DNA from: Rhynchopus sp. YZ270_cl-10
Lineage: Eukaryota
Direction of reading: 5' to 3'
NCBI GenBank assembly: GCA_964035575.1
Contig: OZ037846.1
Span: 1,302,001-1,366,000 of the forward strand
Length of the DNA: 64,000 nucleotides
In this document: positions 60,901 through 64,000 of the stretch, in pieces
Layout: each line of letters opens with the position of its first letter
How positions within the stretch are numbered: the first letter of the stretch is position 1
Notes under the pieces: model-generated
Told to the model about the DNA's origin: nothing
Databases searched by the model: none
What the model saw: the letters and a program-made list of their open reading frames with translations, nothing else
Made by a program: the position numbers and the translations under genes

Positions 60901-62266
60901 AAAATCAGAATTATATCATGCAAACGATTGACGAAGAAGAACAGATTAAGAAGACAGTCTAAACAGAGATAGAGAACGAAATTCCCGTCTGAGACTCTCG
61001 TTCTATTCGAAAACAAAAGAAAAAAATATGGCCGTCGAAAAATTTCCGAAAAATGGACGGATTTCCCTTTGGTTTTGTAGCGATTTTGCTTACACATAAC
61101 TCGAAAAACACCATCCAAAATGAGACGAGAGTGGGGTGTTTTTTTCTTTTCTTTTTTTTTTTTTTTCTAAATATTTTATGATTTCTTCAATATTTCTCAG
61201 GTAACTTTCTTTTTAAATTTTTTTTAAAACTTTTTTTTAGGGTGCAGTGTTGAGAGGCGCATTCACCATTCAATGGTGCTTTCGGAAGTCGGTCAACGAC
61301 CTGTCAGCGACGTGTCACGACCTGTCGGTGACCTGTCGGCGACCTGTCAATATCAGGGGGTGTGTGTATAGAGTCCCTGTGTCAGCGACCTGTCAATATC
61401 GACCCCTCCCGGAGCACCATTCAAGATTATTTTTTATGTTTGGGAAAGGGGGAAAAGATATAGTACGCAGTGCAGGGAGGTTATCATTCACAATTCAAAA
61501 CGTGGAGTCGCCCTCCCTAGAATTTACGCTAGTCAGCTAAATGTGGGGGGGTGGGGCTGCGTCAAAAACAGAATTTACCCGTTTCTGCCTGCCGTTGATC
61601 TTTGTTACCCCCTCTCCATACACACGCCCAGATCCTTCACCCATCTCCACGAGCATTTTGCCGCAAACCCCGGAAAGACAAAAACAAAACAAAAACAAAA
61701 AAAAAAAACAAAAAAAAAATCTAGAATTTTAAATAGGATATGCTCCTAAGTCAAGCATTCCCCATTCTCCCACGACACCCTTCCCCCCGATTAAAAAAAA
61801 AAGGTGATTGTCGAAACGACAAAAAAATACCGTTTCTAAGCAGGCATTTCTCCAAAAAAAAAGGGGGATGGGCATTGCCTACAGGGCTTTTTTCTATTTC
61901 AAATTAAAAAAAAACCTGCCCAAACCCTATCTCACCCGGGCCTAGCTACCCGGGTATCCAATGATCTCCCGTTCGTTACCTGAGGAGTGGAGGTGGGAGT
62001 AGGACGTAGTAGCGGTATCCACGAAACTAGAGATAGGCGACGAACGGCTGCGTGGAGCTCACACGAAAAAAAGCGAGGTGTCATCGATTAATTATTTATT
62101 TTGAAAACTTGGTTGTATTAGTGTAGACACGCTTATTTTGTTTTTACACCTTCGTTGTTCGCTGTCGGGTGTATTTTTTATTTTTGCTTTTTCATCGGAA
62201 TATCAATCATCAACCAAAACACACCACCAAAAAAGGGGGCGAAAAAAAACAAAACAAAGGTAATAA

Positions 62267-63525
62267 ATGATTCTTCGATCCGTAGGTGGCTCTTTGCTGC
62301 GGTGCACAGCTAGGGTGTGGGGTGTGGGCGTGAGCGGCGGAGTACCGACAGCACTGCGTGGTGCACGCCGCGCTGTACATGGTGAGGGCGGCACATCAGC
62401 ACCACCACCGGCACACCCGCCACGGAAGCGGCAACGACGCTATAGGGCTTCAGCATCGCTTGCATCAGTTGTCGAGAAGGAGGCGGTATGTGAAGGGAGG
62501 GGGAGAGGGGAGGGAGGGGGGTGCACGACGGTGAAGTAAATGACATCGTGATGTTACAAGTCATTTTATTTGTCAAAATACAGCTTGACAAATGGGACGC
62601 AGCAACGGTGAATGTGTGACTGAGTGTGGGGGATGCGTTCAAGAATTAAACTCCCCCCAAACCCCCTTTTTCGTCTTTGTTTTTATCCAAACGTCGAGTG
62701 GATGCGTAATAATTTTTATCTCCCCGTTTAGAAGCAGAGTGTGCTACGTTACGATTATTCACTAAATACAGGAAGACAAATGGGACACGGCAACGGTGAA
62801 GGAGACGCTTGCGATCCTAGAGCGTGCGACGATGCCTGCGTTCAACATTGTCGATACTTATGAGCACAGTCGAATGGTATGCTAAAACAGTGCTGCTCAA
62901 ACGCATCCCCCAAAACAGTATCCCCACCACCACCACCACACAGGACTTCTATGGGCGGGAGTGTCGCGATCCGAGCCTTGTTCTCACTGTCGAGTCCTTC
63001 AAGCTTGGAATGACCCCCGAGGACAGACTGGCACTGAACCTGCCAGCGAAGGTGTTCCTGCGTCTGCTCGAACTCTTTGTGCCACCTGAGGTGTGTGTGT
63101 GTGTGTGTTTTTTTATATAACAATTCTCTCCGTCGATTTTTGGTTTTTTGTCTCAGCTGTGCACACAAACGCCACAGATGATGCGCACAATGGGATTTTC
63201 ACATAAGACATCGATGTTCCACAGTTAGGGACGTTTGACACGGCGTTCTTTTTGGATTTTTTTTTCTTCTATTTTTTGCGTTCCATCCTCATGGTCTTCT
63301 TCACAACCTTCAACACCTCAGGAGTGGATGCTCGACCATTCCGTGGAAGAGCGGCACAACCGCCGCATGATGGAGTGGATGCGATACCAGCCCAACACAC
63401 CCGGCGCAGCTTCCTTGGAAGACTTCAAGAACGACCTCCCCCCGCAAGACTACCACTACGTCAAGAACCTTGCTGAAGCGCCCCCACGCCGTGCGTACCC
63501 CAGCTCCTGGCCACTCCGTCGGTAG
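62267..63525 (+). CDS. Hypothetical spliced protein (~224 aa) with mitochondrial-presequence-like N-terminus
   Basis: Exons 62267-62485, 62772-62876, 62944-63090 and 63322-63525 join in frame via GT-AG introns. The N-terminus MILRSVGGSLLRCTAR... is Arg-rich with no acidic residue in the first ~38 aa. No family recognised. Confidence 0.75.
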
Positions 63526-64000
63526 TCACCAAAAAGAAGGGGAAAAAATGGGGTAACTAGATTCCAAAAATCCAAAACCATTTTTCAAACTTTTCGACCG
63601 AGCTTTTTTCACTGTTCTCGGAAAGATCCTTTTTTTCTGAGACAACTTTTTAGACGAGCGGTGTACCGGGCAATACCGAATGACTTTTGTCTTCCGGGAA
63701 AAAAATTCTACCCCAAAATTATTTTCATTCCCCCCCCCTCCCCCTCCACCCCTCTCCCCCTCCACCCCTCCACCCTTTTCTCCAGACACAAAAAAAAAAA
63801 CACATGCTACACACACACACCACTTCTATCTTATAATGAAATCGATGCATATCTGGCTTTTTGCCGCCATCGCGTTGGGTGCGATCACTTTAGTCTGGCG
63901 GGCTGCTGACTATGCACGCATGCCTCTGAAGGCACAGGGGAATGGTAGCACACGGGCACATGCCGATACAGCTTCTCTCCTCGAAACCCCTGCTCTCTGT

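Overview
Eukaryotic (protist-like) nuclear DNA with low gene density, GT-AG introns and long A/T homopolymers. The organism cannot be determined; the co-oriented genes and the LRR type are only suggestive of a euglenozoan. Five protein genes lie on the + strand: a ubiquitin-like/LRR protein, a SAM-like/NADAR/Zn-ribbon protein, a Pho80/U-type cyclin, an ELO fatty-acid elongase and a 4-exon putative mitochondrial protein. The rest is a mosaic of more than 25 non-autonomous TIR transposons, most with readable TSDs (hAT 8 bp, CACG/CMC-like 2 bp, Tc1/mariner-like TA, piggyBac TTAA, plus unusual CATA/6-bp and TGGTG/5-bp groups). Many are nested or share the same cargo DNA. There is also a non-autonomous split-direct-repeat (tyrosine-recombinase-type) retroelement with 49-bp tandem arrays, and perfect GTAC-core microsatellites. 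The most unusual signal is about nine families (roughly 50 copies) of short hairpin elements. Almost all are co-oriented with the genes and show G-U pairs, a cUUCGg tetraloop, covariation and interchangeable variable stems. One family has a hammerhead-like core, and one copy has captured a 28S rRNA fragment. Coordinates were read by eye and may be off by a few bases.
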